From Eledone cirrhosa (Eukaryota): DNA of 64,000 bases. Each line of letters begins with the position of its first letter. Positions within the stretch are counted from its first letter, which is position 1. The stretch spans positions 345,402,001 to 345,466,000 of the forward strand of contig OZ024741.1 in the NCBI GenBank assembly GCA_964016885.1. The letters run 5' to 3'. The notes under the pieces are model-generated. The model saw nothing but the letters and a program-made list of their open reading frames with translations. It searched no databases and was not told where the DNA came from. Of this stretch, positions 1 to 12,855 are shown one piece after another. The position numbers and the translations under genes were made by a program.

Positions 1-281
1 CGTTGGGACTATGTAGGAACATGCCTCAGTAGAGGGGAGTGCAACAGCCTCAAAAGTTTAATCAGCCAATTCCAACTGGCCAATAGGTATCGACTAGATT
101 TCCAGACTGCACCACAGTGGACGTGGACAAATCGCAGTGGGACAACTAGATCGTATTTAGATAGATTCTTAATTAGAGAGAGAGACAGAAAAATGTAAAT
201 AAAGCTGTCCACAAATGTACATGGTTGCCTATTCGGACCACAAACTAGTCACTTGCATAGTCAACCATGATAGAACACATA
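1..281 (+). mobile_element. Tx1/L1-clade LINE, degenerate AP-endonuclease C-terminal region
   Basis: Translates to SYLDRFLI and SDHKLV (APE SDH motif). The frame continues as DRTHRQGPGYWKLN across the pogo insertion at 2588. Confidence 0.8.
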
Positions 282-729
282 CCGTATATACTCGCACTTT
301 TTTAACGATAAATAAGTATAAATTTTTGGGGTGCGACCTATCCGATCGACATCAGACTGACCAATGATTTTTCATACACTTAATCAACGATGGGTATTTA
401 TAAAAATAACTTAATATTTTTTATTATTTAACATAATAATTTCATATATCTAACTTCTTATACATATATTTCTTGATTTTAAATTTTTTACTAAAACTTA
501 TTAGTATTTATGGTTTTTTCTATATGACCGAACCATCCATCACTAAAATCCATAGAAATGCATACCCGGTATTTAAAATGTGATTTCATTGTCTTAGCGT
601 TGCTATGAACACGTATTGTGACGTATTTACTTTAACAAGAAACAGATTATTGCATGTGGCGTTTCTTTTCAAAATTAGCAAGTGAGAAAAGTTGATAGTT
701 GAAATTTTTTTTATAATTCACTGAGAAAT

Positions 730-1853
730 ATGAATTCCGGTAAGAGAAAAAGTTATCAAACAGTTTTCAAGTTAAAGGTGGTTGGTTATGCAGAAGAATT
801 TGGAAATAGATCAGCAGAAAGGGAGTTTGGAGTGTCAGAAAAGGTGGTGAGAGGTTTGAGGAAACAAAAAGACAAGCTGGGAGAAATGCCTAAATCAAAG
901 AGAGCAGCAAGGTTTGGAGCATCACCATGTCAAGATCTTGAAAAAGAGATAAATGATTGGGTTTTAGATATCAGGGAAAATGGACACATTGTTACAAGAC
1001 TTTCTATAAGAACAAAAGCCCTTCAACTTGCACCAAAGTACCACTTATCCCAATTTAAATCGTCAGCAGGATTTTCCACCAGGTTTATGAATAGGTTTGG
1101 ACTGACTCATCGCCAAAAGACATATTGCACAAAAGCTGCTAAAAGATATTGATGACAAAGTGCACAATTTTGTAAAATTTGTGTTAAAGGAAAGAAAAAT
1201 ATAGCCAACATGGATGAAACACCCATGTACTTTGACATGCCAGGCAACACAACTGTGGATAGTGTAGGTAACAAAACTGTTACAGTCAAAACCACAGGTC
1301 ATCAAAAACATTTTACTGTTGTTCTAGCATGCCAGGCTGATGGACAAAAACTTCGCCCTATAGTTATTTTCAAAAGGAAAATTATGCCGAAAGAGAATTT
1401 TCCAAGCGATGTGATTGTGAAGGTACATCCAAAGGGCTGGATGGACGAGAACTTAAAGTTATGGCTTGATGAAGTGTGGATGAAAAAGCCAGGGGCATTA
1501 CTGAAGCCACAAAGTTTGGGATGTTTCGATCTCACTGCTGTGAGTCTGTAAAGGCTAAGCTGAAGGATTGTAAAACAAGACAAGCAGTGATTGCACCTTA
1601 GTCTTACAACCCCTTGATGTGGCAGTAAATAAGCCCTACAAGACATATCCGTAAACTCTGGACTTCTTGGATATCAGGTGAAAAAGAAATTACCAAAGGT
1701 GGATCAGTGAAAAGACCTGGCTTGAGATTAGTGGTGGAGTGGTTGAAGGAGGCTTGGGAAAGTATCCCTGAAGAGCTAATAATGAAGGCTTTCAAAAAAA
1801 TGTGGCATATCAAATGCGATGGAGGGGACCGAAGATGATGATGCTCTCTTTGA
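730..1853 (+). pseudogene. pogo-family transposase (Brinker-type HTH, CENP-B HTH, DDE_1), frameshifted
   Basis: KRKSY..FKLKVV.YAE..GNR.A.REFGVSEK, LEKEINDWV, NMDETPMYFDM, TVVLACQADGQKL, KGWMDE, LQPLDVAVNKP spread over several frames. Confidence 0.9.
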
Positions 1854-2478
1854 TTTAGGCATTTCTCCCAACTTGTCTTTTTGTTTCCTCAAACCTCTCA
1901 CCACCTTTTCTGACACTCCAAACTCCCTTCCTGCTGATCTATTTCCAAATTCTTCTGCATAACCAACCACCTTTAACTTGAAAACTGTTGGATAACTTTT
2001 TCTCTTACCCGAATTCATATTTCTCAGTGAATTATAAAAAAAATTTCAACTATCAACTTTTCTCACTTGCTAATTTTGAAAAGAAACGCCACATGCAATA
2101 ATCTGTTTCCTGTTAAAGTAAATACATCACAATACGTGTTCATAGCAACGTTAAGACAATGAAATCACATTTTAAATACCGGGTATGCATTTCTATGGAT
2201 TTTAACGACGGATGATTCGGTCAGATAGAAAAAAAACAAACACTACGAAGTTTTAGTAAAAAATTTAAAATCAAGAAATATATGTATAAGAAGGTAGATA
2301 TATGAAATTATTATGTTAAATAATAAAAAATATTAAAGTTATTTTTTATAAATACCCATCGTTGATTAAGTGTATGAAAAATCATTGGTCAGTCTGATGT
2401 CGATCGGATAGGTCGCACCCCAAAAATTTATACTTATTTATCGTTAAAAAAGTGCGACCTATACGTGAGTATATATGG
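1842..2478 (-). mobile_element. inverted second copy of the pogo left end, with its own TIR
   Basis: Reverse complement of ~295-906. ORF 1776..2018(-) repeats the transposase N-terminus. Ends in ...GAGTATATATGG|TA. Confidence 0.9.
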
Positions 2479-2587
2479 TAGTAGTTTGACGGCCCAAATT
2501 TCAGTGCGACCTAGCTGCAAGTCAATGGCAAATAGCCTATTTGTTAAATGAAAAGTGGGTATGCGACCTTTACACGAGTATATACGG

Positions 2588-3630
2588 TAGACAAGGACCC
2601 GGATACTGGAAGCTGAACATGTCGTTACCGACATGTAAAGCCTCCAGTAGACGGACAAGTAGTTTAGTCAAGCACCAGTTGGCGGGGGACCATCGTCAAC
2701 AATAGGCGGTGGTGCTCTCTCAAGAGAGCAATTAGAGTAGAGTCCATAGCTTTTAGCAAAGAACTAGCTTTAGAGAAAGATAAAACAGAAAAAGAACTAG
2801 TAGCAAAGGTAGAGGAGGCACAACGCAGCTAGAGTGCTAGCAACAAGAACGGCACTGGACCAGTTCTTCGATGCGAAACTCGAAGGCTGCATTGTCAGGA
2901 GTAGATCACGTGTTCTAGGAAACGAGGGAGCAAAAGCTGTTAGCTGGGCCCCCAAGTGGCAACAAGTCCACGATTCGGTCTTTTAAAGACCAAAACAGAC
3001 GCGTGCTACTTGATTCCAGGTAAATGCGCACGGCCTTTCGGCAGAACTTTACGCAACTGTTTGAACAGAGCGGTGCTCTGAACAAGGCAATGGACTTTGG
3101 TTCATACCTCGACGGCTTACCGCGTCTCTCAAGCATGGACGCCAAGTTCTGCAAAAGACCGATCACAGCCACTGAGATACGCAATTCACCCAGTCTAGAT
3201 GGTCTGCCCTATGAGTTTTACATAGGTATGCCGGACTTGTTCTCTGGCGTCCTCAAAGCCATCTACTGCAACTGGCAGCAGAACGGGAGAATTCTGTTCT
3301 GTAGGCAGGAATGTAGTAACGCTGATCAGGAAAGACGAGAACAAGGAGTACAAAATAAGTAACTTCAGGCCCATAACTCTCCTAAACACAGAGTTAAAGA
3401 TTTTGGCCAAGGTGTTAGCAACGAGGCTGAAGCTTGTCGTCGAGAACTTGGTGGAAAAAGCTCAAACATGTACAATTCCAACCAGGTCTATACACGACAA
3501 CCTCCACCTCATGCGATACATCATAGAGAGGGTGGGGTGTAAACCCGGCTTCAGTGGAGCTGATCAATTTAGATCAGTCTAATAAGTTTGTTTCAGTGTC
3601 GACCATTGATACTTGGAAGCGGTCCTCAGC
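2588..3630 (+). mobile_element. Tx1/L1-clade LINE, linker and RT N-terminal part (degenerate)
   Basis: GYWKLN, SPSLDGLPYEFY, NFRPITLLNTELKILAKVLATRL, IHDNLHLMRYII, INLDQS motifs. Confidence 0.85.
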
Positions 3631-4936
3631 TAAGTCAAGCCAAAAAATATATATCTCGTTTGAAGAAAAAGGTGGGTTCAAAATAAATTCACCCCCGGAA
3701 ATTCGCACCCAGACTGTAAGGAAGACAATGATTTTCAAGATAGTCTCAAACAGCACAAGGAAACTGGCATTTCTCAGTCAACCCGAAATAGAAACGCCGT
3801 TGAAAGAATCCTTGCCGGACATCGACACCATGCTGAGGGCCAGAGAGTATGTAAGCATTTCGGTGCTTCTCAAAAGTGAGGCCCTCGGACAAAGATATTC
3901 GGTGACTCCAGTCACCTCCACAAAATACACCTTTTTGCCTACATACCTGGGAAAAAGGACACAGAAGATAAAATTATCTAACATACCACCAAATATCAAT
4001 ATCTGGTGGATATCAGGTTTTTTGGAGGAGAGAGAGGACATGATTCTTTCAATCAAGAAATCCACAACGAACACGTGGAACGGTACAAGTTTGGAAGTTC
4101 TAGTTCAAATGAGACCAGAAAAAATTTCGAGAATTCCAACTTAGACATTTCTAAGGCAAAAGAAATGATAAGTGAAGGAAAGAAATACATCATTTTCGAA
4201 GAAGGGGGGGGGGGGGGGGGGGGGTTAGAATTACCCCTCTGTCACAAATTAGAGCTGACACAATGCTCAAGACTGACTTTTCACACAATCGCAAATACAA
4301 AAAAAAAAACGGCTTTCCTTTTGCAACGCGAGATTGAAATCGTCTTGAAAGAGGCAATGCCGGATATTGATTTCATACAAAGAGCTAAGCAATATGGAAG
4401 CATTTCAAAAGCAAGGCCCTTGCACAAAAATACTTGGTGACCTCAGTCACCTCTGCCAAATACATCTTTTTCCCTATATACATGGGAAAAAGGACAAAAT
4501 AAATATCACAAACATACCACCAAATATTAATATCTGGTGGATTCTAGCAGGGTTCTTGGAGGAAGAGAACACGATCCTTTTGATAAAAAAATCCACAAGA
4601 ACACCTGGAATGGTACAAGTTTGGAAATTCTGGTCCAAATGAGACCAAAAAGAATTTCCAAAATCCCAGTTAACAACACAAACTACATTCACATTTCGAC
4701 AGAAATAAGGAGGCTACATTGTTTTAAATGCTCTAGCACGTCACATTTAATGGCCTCCCGTCCCCTTACGAACAAACACCAACAAAAATGTACTTTTACC
4801 AACACCAAAACCACAACACACGAAACAAGCAAACACACAAAAACCAACAACTGGACAACCACAAACAGAAAAAACACAAATTCCCCTGAAAAACAGTCTC
4901 ACCCCATCCTACACTACCACAACCACACACACAAAC
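3631..4936 (+). mobile_element. two tandem LINE ORF1 (gag-like) fragments
   Basis: Repeated FLPTYLGKR..KI..NIPPNINIWWI..KKST.NTWNGTSLE. Degenerate zinc knuckle CFKCSSTSHLMASRP in the second copy. Confidence 0.65.
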
Positions 4937-6050
4937 ATCATAGAGAGGGCGGGGGTGTAAACCCGGCTTCAGTGGGGCTCTGATCAATCAGTCTAAGGCG
5001 TTTGATAGTGTCGACCATTGATACTTAGAAGCGGTCCTCAAGGCAGACAGTTTCGGACTCGACTTCAGAGGCCGTATGTGTTCACTCTCGAGCCACTACT
5101 GCTGAAGTTGGAGCTTTTGCAGGGCAATACTTTGGAACTGGGACTGCGAAAAGCAGTGCCGGCTTATGCCGATGACGTGACAGTAATAGTGTCAAAAACC
5201 TCAGAAATCGGGGCAATTGGCAACTAACTGAAGAAATACAAAAAGCTTACAGGAGTAAGGCAGAGTGCAAACTATCCTTGAACGGTCGAGTGGAGGTGGC
5301 AAACACTTTCATAGCGTCCATCATGCCGTCCCCGTGAAAACCTCACCAAAATGGAACACAAGCTCTTCCAATTCCTTTGGAAGAAGCAGGCTCCCCCGGT
5401 GAGGAGATCCGTCTGCCAGCACCCTTCCAACGGAGAGCTGGGAATGCCGTGGCTGATGTGCAAACACGCACTGAGGCTACAGCCTCTCCAGGTATTCATC
5501 ACCAACCAACTGGTGTGGGCCCTATTTGTGAGACATGCTTTTCTGCAACTTGTCTCGCTAGGAGACAAGAAGGGGTCTTCCTCTATATGGTGGCTATGGT
5601 GAAAGAGGTAATATGGTGGACGAGATTGTGAGGACTGAGGACAGATGCCTTTCGCTCCAGAAAACAGCTCATTCCCTTCTTTAGATACCACTTCAGAAGG
5701 AGAATCAGAGTGGAGAGAAGGGTGCTGCATCCCAGTGACATCACTGAAAGGTGGGTGAATGTGGCGAGAATGGTCCGAGTGATTGGGCGTTCTTTGTATA
5801 TAAACCTATAGGTTGAAAAAGAGAGGGAAGAGAAGGAGCACTTGCAAACTTGCTCCTAGAGTTGAGGGTTGTTCTATTTACAGGGTGTAAAACCCAGTTG
5901 AAACCCTACCCCTCCCTATTGGGGATTTCAATTGTTAAATTTTTTAAAATGTTAAAACTTTACTTTTTTTACATGATTGTATGGAAAATTCCCACCATAT
6001 GTCCTTGTATTGTCCCATTTCTTGTGCGCCCTTGTGGCAAATAAAGAAAT
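4937..6050 (+). mobile_element. Tx1/L1-clade LINE RT C-terminal part, 3' end and UTR (deleted, degenerate)
   Basis: SKAFDSVDH, AYADDVTV, AMVKEVIWWTRL. The 3' UTR ends CCCTTGTGGCAAATAAAGAAA, similar to the copies at 37.9-41.1 kb. Confidence 0.85.
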
Positions 6051-7926
6051 ATATCTTTATTAACCTCTGCTGTGAATGTATTTTCACCCAGTTTGGCTGG
6101 TTAGACTAACTTTGATTGACATTTGTGTTAACAACGACATCATCTCTGAAGATCCTATACCACTCCGGTAATGACATACATATATGTAAACAAAGTTACC
6201 ATCTGTGGCATAGGTGAAACATCATGTAAGAAGTAAAATTTTGTTCTAATGACCTGCAACTCCTACATTTATTATTTTTCATGTAATATATATATATATA
6301 TATATATATTACAAGGGATGCAATTGTCAGTTGGAATCAATTAATGAATAAATATAACCAGAGCTGGTTTTGGTCAACTCTAAAATAAATGCTTATACTG
6401 TTCTCTAATAAGTATTTCAAAACATAAAAGTGGAAATGTTTTACAAAATATAAATTAGATGTGACTTAATAAAAAAAAAAAAAAATACCTCATTGAAATA
6501 TGGTAAAAATTTATCTGCAATGCTAATTGATTTAACAGTCAACAGCATCGAAGATACTTTTGAATTTTTCCCACTGCCCAATCATTGCCCAGGCCCTTAA
6601 ACACCCCGGAAATTGATGGAGCTTGCCGTAAAGTTCATATTCTGACTTTTCGCCTTCAGTTTTAGGCATATAATGCAACATCAGAGGTTGTGTTAAATTT
6701 TTTTAACAAGTTTCATTAGTACCCTCGAAGCAGTCATGGACTGTAAATAGATGGAATTTTACCATGAACAATTGATGCTTTGAACACTCTAGCATTAATC
6801 GTTATAATTTCTAAACATTGACAAAAGGCTACCAATTTAAGGCAGAATCCAATGAGTCTAATTAACTGGTAGATATTTTAACAAAACATGATGCATCTAC
6901 ATACCGTAAAGGGTATAGCCAGCCAGCCAGGCAGCACCTTACCAATTCTTCAAGAGATAAAGATCAATAAATGAATACCACCAGACTGTGTTGCCTTAAA
7001 AAAAAACCCATGAAGGTGGTGCACCAGTGCAATGATAGAAACCATTAAAAATAAATGAATATGAGAAATAAAAGAGGGGGGGAAAAAAAGCAAATCATTA
7101 TTATACCGTTTCCTTCAGTTCCAAATTCTTCAGCATAGTATTGATAGCGTTGACATGGTAATGGCAGTTACTATTATTATTATTGAAGTAGCAGCTGCTA
7201 AGGCAATTTAATTGACTAGCTGACTGATTTACCTTCCAATCATTTTGAGGAGGGGACTTTTTCTTTTTTAAGTTATTTAGACATTGTTTTACTCAGCAAA
7301 TTATTACTATATATATAGATATGTCTCATCACCACCATTTAACCATTTTCCATGCTAACATGGGTTAGAGTTGTCAACATACATATGATATATATATATA
7401 TATTCAACTTTAGAATTTGAAAGTCAGCTTTTGTTGTCTCATTAGTTCCTGGATTAGGTTTTGGCACAGTAGACAGACCTATGATCCAATATGTTTCAGC
7501 TGTAATCAAGTCTTTTTATATTCAGACAGTGTCATCTAGAATATTGTATTCCACGTGACCTTGCTTTTTCCTTTCCTCAGGAATTACCAAATAGAAGTCC
7601 AGGTTAGCATATTGAACATTGATAGTCATATGTTGGCTACTAACAGGGACTATTATTTGAAAACCTGCTAGTTGGTGGTAGAATTTGTACAGCTAATTTA
7701 CCATATGACAGCCATTTCACCCAGAATTAGCACATTTTTGTAGAGTTGCAGTAGAAGTAACCTGCAATTCGGCAGTAACAGATTGCACTGTCCATAGTGC
7801 ACTAACTACAGTTGATTGCATGCAGTCTAGATCATTGTAAACAGTGATGTAGCTAAGTTAAGATTTCTTCGGTTGCAGAAAAGAATAGTACAATTAGTGA
7901 AATATAGTTGAGACATCGTAAAGGAT

Positions 7927-8345
7927 GTGTTGTAGTATAGTTACATTTAGTTTGTTGTAACATACATAGTCCAAATAGTGTTGTATAGTCACATTTAGTC
8001 TTCAGTAATTAACTTAGTCCAGATAGTGCAGTATAGTTACATTTAGTTTGTTGCAACATAGATAGTCCAAATAGTGTTGTATAGTCACATTTAGTCTGCT
8101 GTAATATACTTAGTCCAGATAGTGTTATAGTATAGTTACATTTAGTCTGTGGTAACATACTTAGTCCAGATAGTGTTGTATAGTTACATTTAGTGTGTTG
8201 TAACATACTTAGTCCAGATAATGTTGTATGTAGTATAGTTATATTTAGTGTGTTGTAACATACTTAGTCCAGATAGTGTTGTAGTATAGTTACATTTAGT
8301 GTGTTGTAACAGTCCAGATAGTGTTGTAGTATAGGTATATTTAGT
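7927..8345. repeat. minisatellite, ~47-50 bp unit, ~8-9 copies
   Basis: Unit TAGTATAGTTACATTTAGT(G/T)TGTTGTAACATACTTAGTCCAGATAGTGTTG. Confidence 0.9.
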
Positions 8346-9012
8346 TGGTAACAGCATTTTTACATTGCTGGAATCACTGCCTTAATTCATTGGGGGGGTT
8401 ATGAAGGACAAATTTAGAAGTTCAATAGTTGATTCACTGCTACACTGTTGTGATTATCATTATTTTAATCATCAACAGCATAACAGCAATAATTAATGTT
8501 TTACCATGCCTTTGGTTCCATGGAAAGTATTCTCGCTGTGTTGCTGCAGCTTTACAATAAGCAAAACCTTTGAACTTTGTAAAGAATTGATCTTTTCCAT
8601 TAAGAAAGAGGTTACTTAAGGCAAAAGTTTTTCCACAAATTTCACTATGACAAGACTTCTCCAAAACCATTTTCAATTCATTGAAGACAGAATCCAAAGT
8701 TTTTTGCTTTACAACCAACCATTTATATAAAAGGAGTAGCTGATAATTCTTCAAAATCATCAAGTTGGAGGAGAAAAAAATATACATCCATACAAAATTG
8801 AATAAAACAAGTGACCAAATTCCCAGGGTGCCTACACAGCTTCCACTTTTAGACTCCAATTCTTCTTATAAAGCCAATGTAGTCACAATACTGTTTAATT
8901 CCATCTAAAAAAAAGACAAAAGTAAATGAAAATACATTGCAAAATTGTGGAGAGAAATTAGTTGAAAATGTTAAAGGGCTAGTTTACCTGAATATAACCG
9001 TATTTACTTTAA

Positions 9013-9187
9013 CCCTTTAGCATTTACATTACTCTATATAAATTATTGTATTTCCACGGTAAAAGCCTTATCTTACATAATATCGAATTTATGAGATTTT
9101 GATGTTATTTTGAGAACAATACCTGAGCAGCCAGTTACAGCCAGTTTGAAAAAAAATAGGTTAGAGAATTCTGGCCGGATATGGCCT
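9013..9187 (-). mobile_element. non-autonomous piggyBac-type MITE fragment
   Basis: TTAA|CCCTTTAGCATT terminus. Internal similarity to the ends of the 9670-11244 element. Confidence 0.6.
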
Positions 9188-9886
9188 ACCATGATTCTAT
9201 GTAACTATGAAACAGTAACGACAGAAAAGCTTCACCATCGAATTACTTAGAGACATTAATTATATTGGGTAATCCTTCGTTTTAAAGATCAGACAGTTTC
9301 CAGTAATTTTCGTGAGTGAGGATAACTTTTAAAAATCTATCCCAACATAATCATAATCTACAAATTCGAAACTGTATCTGCAAAACTAAACTGTAGTTGT
9401 CATCATATACCATGTGTACCAGCAAAATTGTCCAAGTTTTAGATTTAACTTAAAGTATTCCTGAAATACAGAGGTTTGAAGATAACTTAATGGAATTGTC
9501 AGGGGTTTTCTAACACTATTGGACTACTTTCAGCAAGAAAAATGTTGATTAATTAATGCCCAAGCTCATCAGAAGAATTAGTGATGAAGTTGATCATGGA
9601 CAAAAATAACACTTTCATAAATAATTAACCATAGCTCAGGATTGGAATAAAGTTTGAATGGAAGCTTAACCCTTTAGTGTTCAAGCCGCCCGCCCGAAAT
9701 TGCCCGATAACACCCACACTAAAATATCGTTCTAAAAATAAACAAACCATCATCAAAATCTCGTCGATTCGATAATTACTGTGAGATTAGGCCCTTACCA
9801 CGAAAATTAACACTTAATATAGTGAAGCAACTTAAAACAACATGTGTTTTTTTAACATTGAAAGTAAAACAGATTTGTGTATCAAC

Positions 9887-10830
9887 ATGGCTTGTGAAAA
9901 TAGCGATACCGACTTTGAAGGTTTTACACACAATGACATTTAGAATGAAGAAACAAAAGATAATATTAGTGATTTATCTTCAAATGAATCAGATGTTTAC
10001 ATTTCTGAAATTTCATCCAACGATGATTGTTGTTTTGAAAGTGAAAACGAAGATCTCCAGGATGCCATTGAAAATATTACAGCAACGTGGTTGAAAAATA
10101 CCACACCAATATATGTTCCCGATTTTATTCAAAATACTGGTCCACAAATACACAGCTCCTGATGCTAAAGCACTGGATTATTTCTTTTTGTTTTTACCAC
10201 AAACTTTCTTCGAAGTTGTGGCAGAAGAGATTAATCGATATGCCCAACAACAGATTTCAAATCGTGGAAAACCCGATGAGTTTGCCAACCGACAGATGCT
10301 GCGGAAATGCAAGCATTTTTTACCGTAAATATTATGGAGGCACATGGCTTAGTGGTTAGAGCATTGGCCTTGCAATCAAAAGGTTGAGAGTTCAATTCTC
10401 AAACCTGGTGATGCGTTGTTTCCTTGAGCAAGACACTTACTTTATTTCACATTGCTCCAGTTTACTCAGCTGTACAAATGAGATGATAGGGACTGGGGTC
10501 CCTATCATTCCACTGCAAAGTGGTTGTAGAGGTGCCACGGCAAAAAAGCACCCAGCACTCACTGTAAATGAGGTTGGTGTTAGGAAGGGCATCCAGCTGT
10601 AGAAATCAAGCCAGAATCAGTTCCCGTCCCGCCCTTGCAAGCAGGGAAAAGCGGACGTAAAATGATGATGATGATGATGATTATGTTCAGTATAAAACAA
10701 TTTTCAAGACTGTGGAATTCCTGGAGCACTGATATAAGGTTTAGTGATCCTTATATATCAAGTATTATGCCGAAAATAACATTTAAAATTAAACCAGTAT
10801 TTGCACCTGGTTGATACTTCAAATGCCCCT
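9887..10830 (+). pseudogene. piggyBac transposase N-terminal half, interrupted by a SINE
   Basis: Acidic N-terminus (MACENSDTDFEGF..), ALDYFFLFL..EEINRYAQQ, AEMQAFF..NI/MFSIK..WST..ISSIMP..QYLHLVD. Confidence 0.8.
10335..10682 (+). mobile_element. tRNA-derived SINE with (ATG)n tail
   Basis: A box TGGCTTAGTGG, B box GTTCAATTC, (GAT)n tail, ATTATG target duplication. Splits the piggyBac ORF. Confidence 0.85.
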
Positions 10831-11011
10831 ATTAATTAATTTCACCTGCCCATAAAAGTCAAATTTAACCAAAAAAAAATCAGGTAAAATTATATAATTG
10901 TAAATTATTGATATTTAAACATCTGACAAAATTTCAAGCCTGCACATAGAAAATTAAGAAAATTACAAAAAAATAAAATTGATAACCCTCTTGAGTATGA
11001 TTAACTCAAAA

Positions 11012-11189
11012 TAATTGTTTCTATTTTAGGCACAAGGCCAGCAATTACCCAGTGCATTACTGGTACTTTATTTTATCGACCCCGTAAGGATGAAAGGCAA
11101 AGTCAACCTCGGCGTAATTTGAACTCAGATCGTAAAGGGACGTAACTATGCTGGAAAGCATGGTGTCCGACTCTCTACCAATACTGCCA
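11012..11189 (-). mobile_element. tRNA-derived SINE (octopus-type family)
   Basis: GGTACTTTATTTTATCGACCCCGTAAGGATGAAAGGCAAAGT..GAACTCAGA core, recurring about 8 times in the window. Confidence 0.85.
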
Positions 11190-11309
11190 AAATAATGCGA
11201 ACAGATAAGCATGACATTTGAAAATTAATGCGAATGCTGAAGGGTTTTATTCCAAAGTGGCCAACACAATGCTGGCCGAAATCCTACCTGTTAAGCATCA
11301 AGAGTTACT

Positions 11310-12344
11310 TCTCTTTTAGCAACGAGTTTTTCAACCCTCTTTCTGACTGCACCGCACCAAGCTTTCGTAATGAATTCCTCATCAATGTCTTCCTCTCATA
11401 GCCCACGGATGGAGATTTTAAGGGCTTGCAGGTTACTCTAGGGCTTCTCACAAGCTTTTCCGACTAGTTTATTCTAGATGCTGAAGTCTAATGGGTTCAA
11501 ATCAAGTGATGAAGGGGGCCAAGAATCCTTATCCCAAAACCTGTCCCAAACTCATCCCCTAGAAATTTTTGAGCCACCGCACTTGTGAAATGTAAACTCG
11601 AAGTTCTTAACAATCTTGTTATGGTTTACCTCGTCTCTTACCTCAGGATATTCAGAAAGCATCCATGTCTTTTACATATTTAAAAACGTGAGCATAATAA
11701 ATTCCTGTCAGACTCTCAGCCTTCTCAAACATAATCAATGGCATCTTCAAGCCATCAGAAGCCACACAGGCAAAACTCATCAATTTGGCAGGGTTTTTGC
11801 ACCCAAAAGTAACATTTCTATTTCTCATGGGGATATGAAGCCAGAACACAGCAGTAAAAAAAAAAAAATAAATAAAAATTAAAAAAACCCACTCCAGGAT
11901 TGTTTCGTTTTGTTCAGGATGATCTTTGCCCTCTCCAACCTTCTAATCTTTTGTCCTGGAGTATCAAGGTGCCTCCCAGGTCTTCCGTACTATTTCATTT
12001 TCAAGTCTTCTATCATAGCTGAAACTCCTCCCTCATGTGCCAAGCACCAGATTGAAATGATGATATGACCTCCTTTCCTCTCCACTATTCCCTCTTTCTC
12101 AAACTTATTGACAATTCTCTTGATGGTTCTTGAATGGACTTGGAAGCCAGAAAATGAATGTTGGTACCATTACTGAAGGCCTGGATGATCTTAGCCCACT
12201 CAACATTATTACTCAGTTGGGAAGACATGGTGAGGGTGGCACAAAATTATTTCAGCCTGTTCTCTTTCTAGCTAAATATCTCAACATCTTATCTGGAAAC
12301 ATGGAAAATTGCAAATCGATTAGTTTATTGGTTGTTACGCCCGG
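11310..12344 (-). mobile_element. Tc1/mariner-superfamily transposon remnant
   Basis: KNPAKLMSFACVASDGLKMPL and PSSLDLNPLDFSI (SPDLNP-like) motifs. Terminus TA|CCGGGCGTAACAAC. Confidence 0.75.
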
Positions 12345-12675
12345 TATATAAATAAGCATAAGCCGAGCAAAACACTTTTTTTCTTTCTTTCACAAGATTA
12401 CCCCAAACCAAATCTAAACCTAAACTATAATAAAAGGTCTGCAGGATTGCGTATAGTTTATTTTTTTTTATCCCGTTTGTAAAATAAGTTGGATTACTTT
12501 GAATAAATAATGAATGAATATTACAAAATTTATCTACTAAATTTTGTGGCTGTTCATTAAATATATTTTGTTTATTTAAAGATTCACTTCTTTAAAATTT
12601 CTGAAATGTCAACACTTCCGGTGGCGATCGCTTAAATAAACATACTAATTTTCTCCTAATGCAGTTTATATATAA

Positions 12676-12855
12676 TATCGTCTTTTTTAATGTATCATGG
12701 ATTACGTTACTGATTAAATAAGACTAACAGTCTTCGTTCAATTTCTATGTATTATATATTGTCAATTACGATTTTATTTGATGTATCATATCTACATGTA
12801 TATATATTTGCGTATAATATCAATATACACACTACACATGCTAACAGAAAACCAT
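12676..12855 (+). repeat. ~175-bp dispersed direct repeat (second copy 16801-16975)
   Basis: ATCGTCTTTTTTAATGTATCATGGATTACGTTACTGAT...ACACTACACATGCTA present twice. Confidence 0.85.

Larger units (their letters stand above)
282..2587 (+). mobile_element. pogo/Tigger (POGK-like) DNA transposon, rearranged
   Basis: TIRs CCGTATATACTCG (282-294) and CGAGTATATACGG (2575-2587). TA target duplication at 280-281 and 2588-2589. Internal transposase remnant. Confidence 0.92.
9670..11244 (+). mobile_element. piggyBac transposon remnant
   Basis: TTAA|CCCTTTAG left end, GAATGCTGAAGGG|TTTT right end, internal transposase remnant, two SINE insertions. Confidence 0.75.

Noticed and set aside
7927-8345. Regularly spaced repeats resembling a CRISPR array (also 29450-29868)
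   Set aside because: Contiguous tandem units without unique spacers, eukaryotic context and no cas genes.
10335-10410. tRNA gene
   Set aside because: The A/B boxes belong to a SINE head that continues into a SINE body and tail with a TSD.
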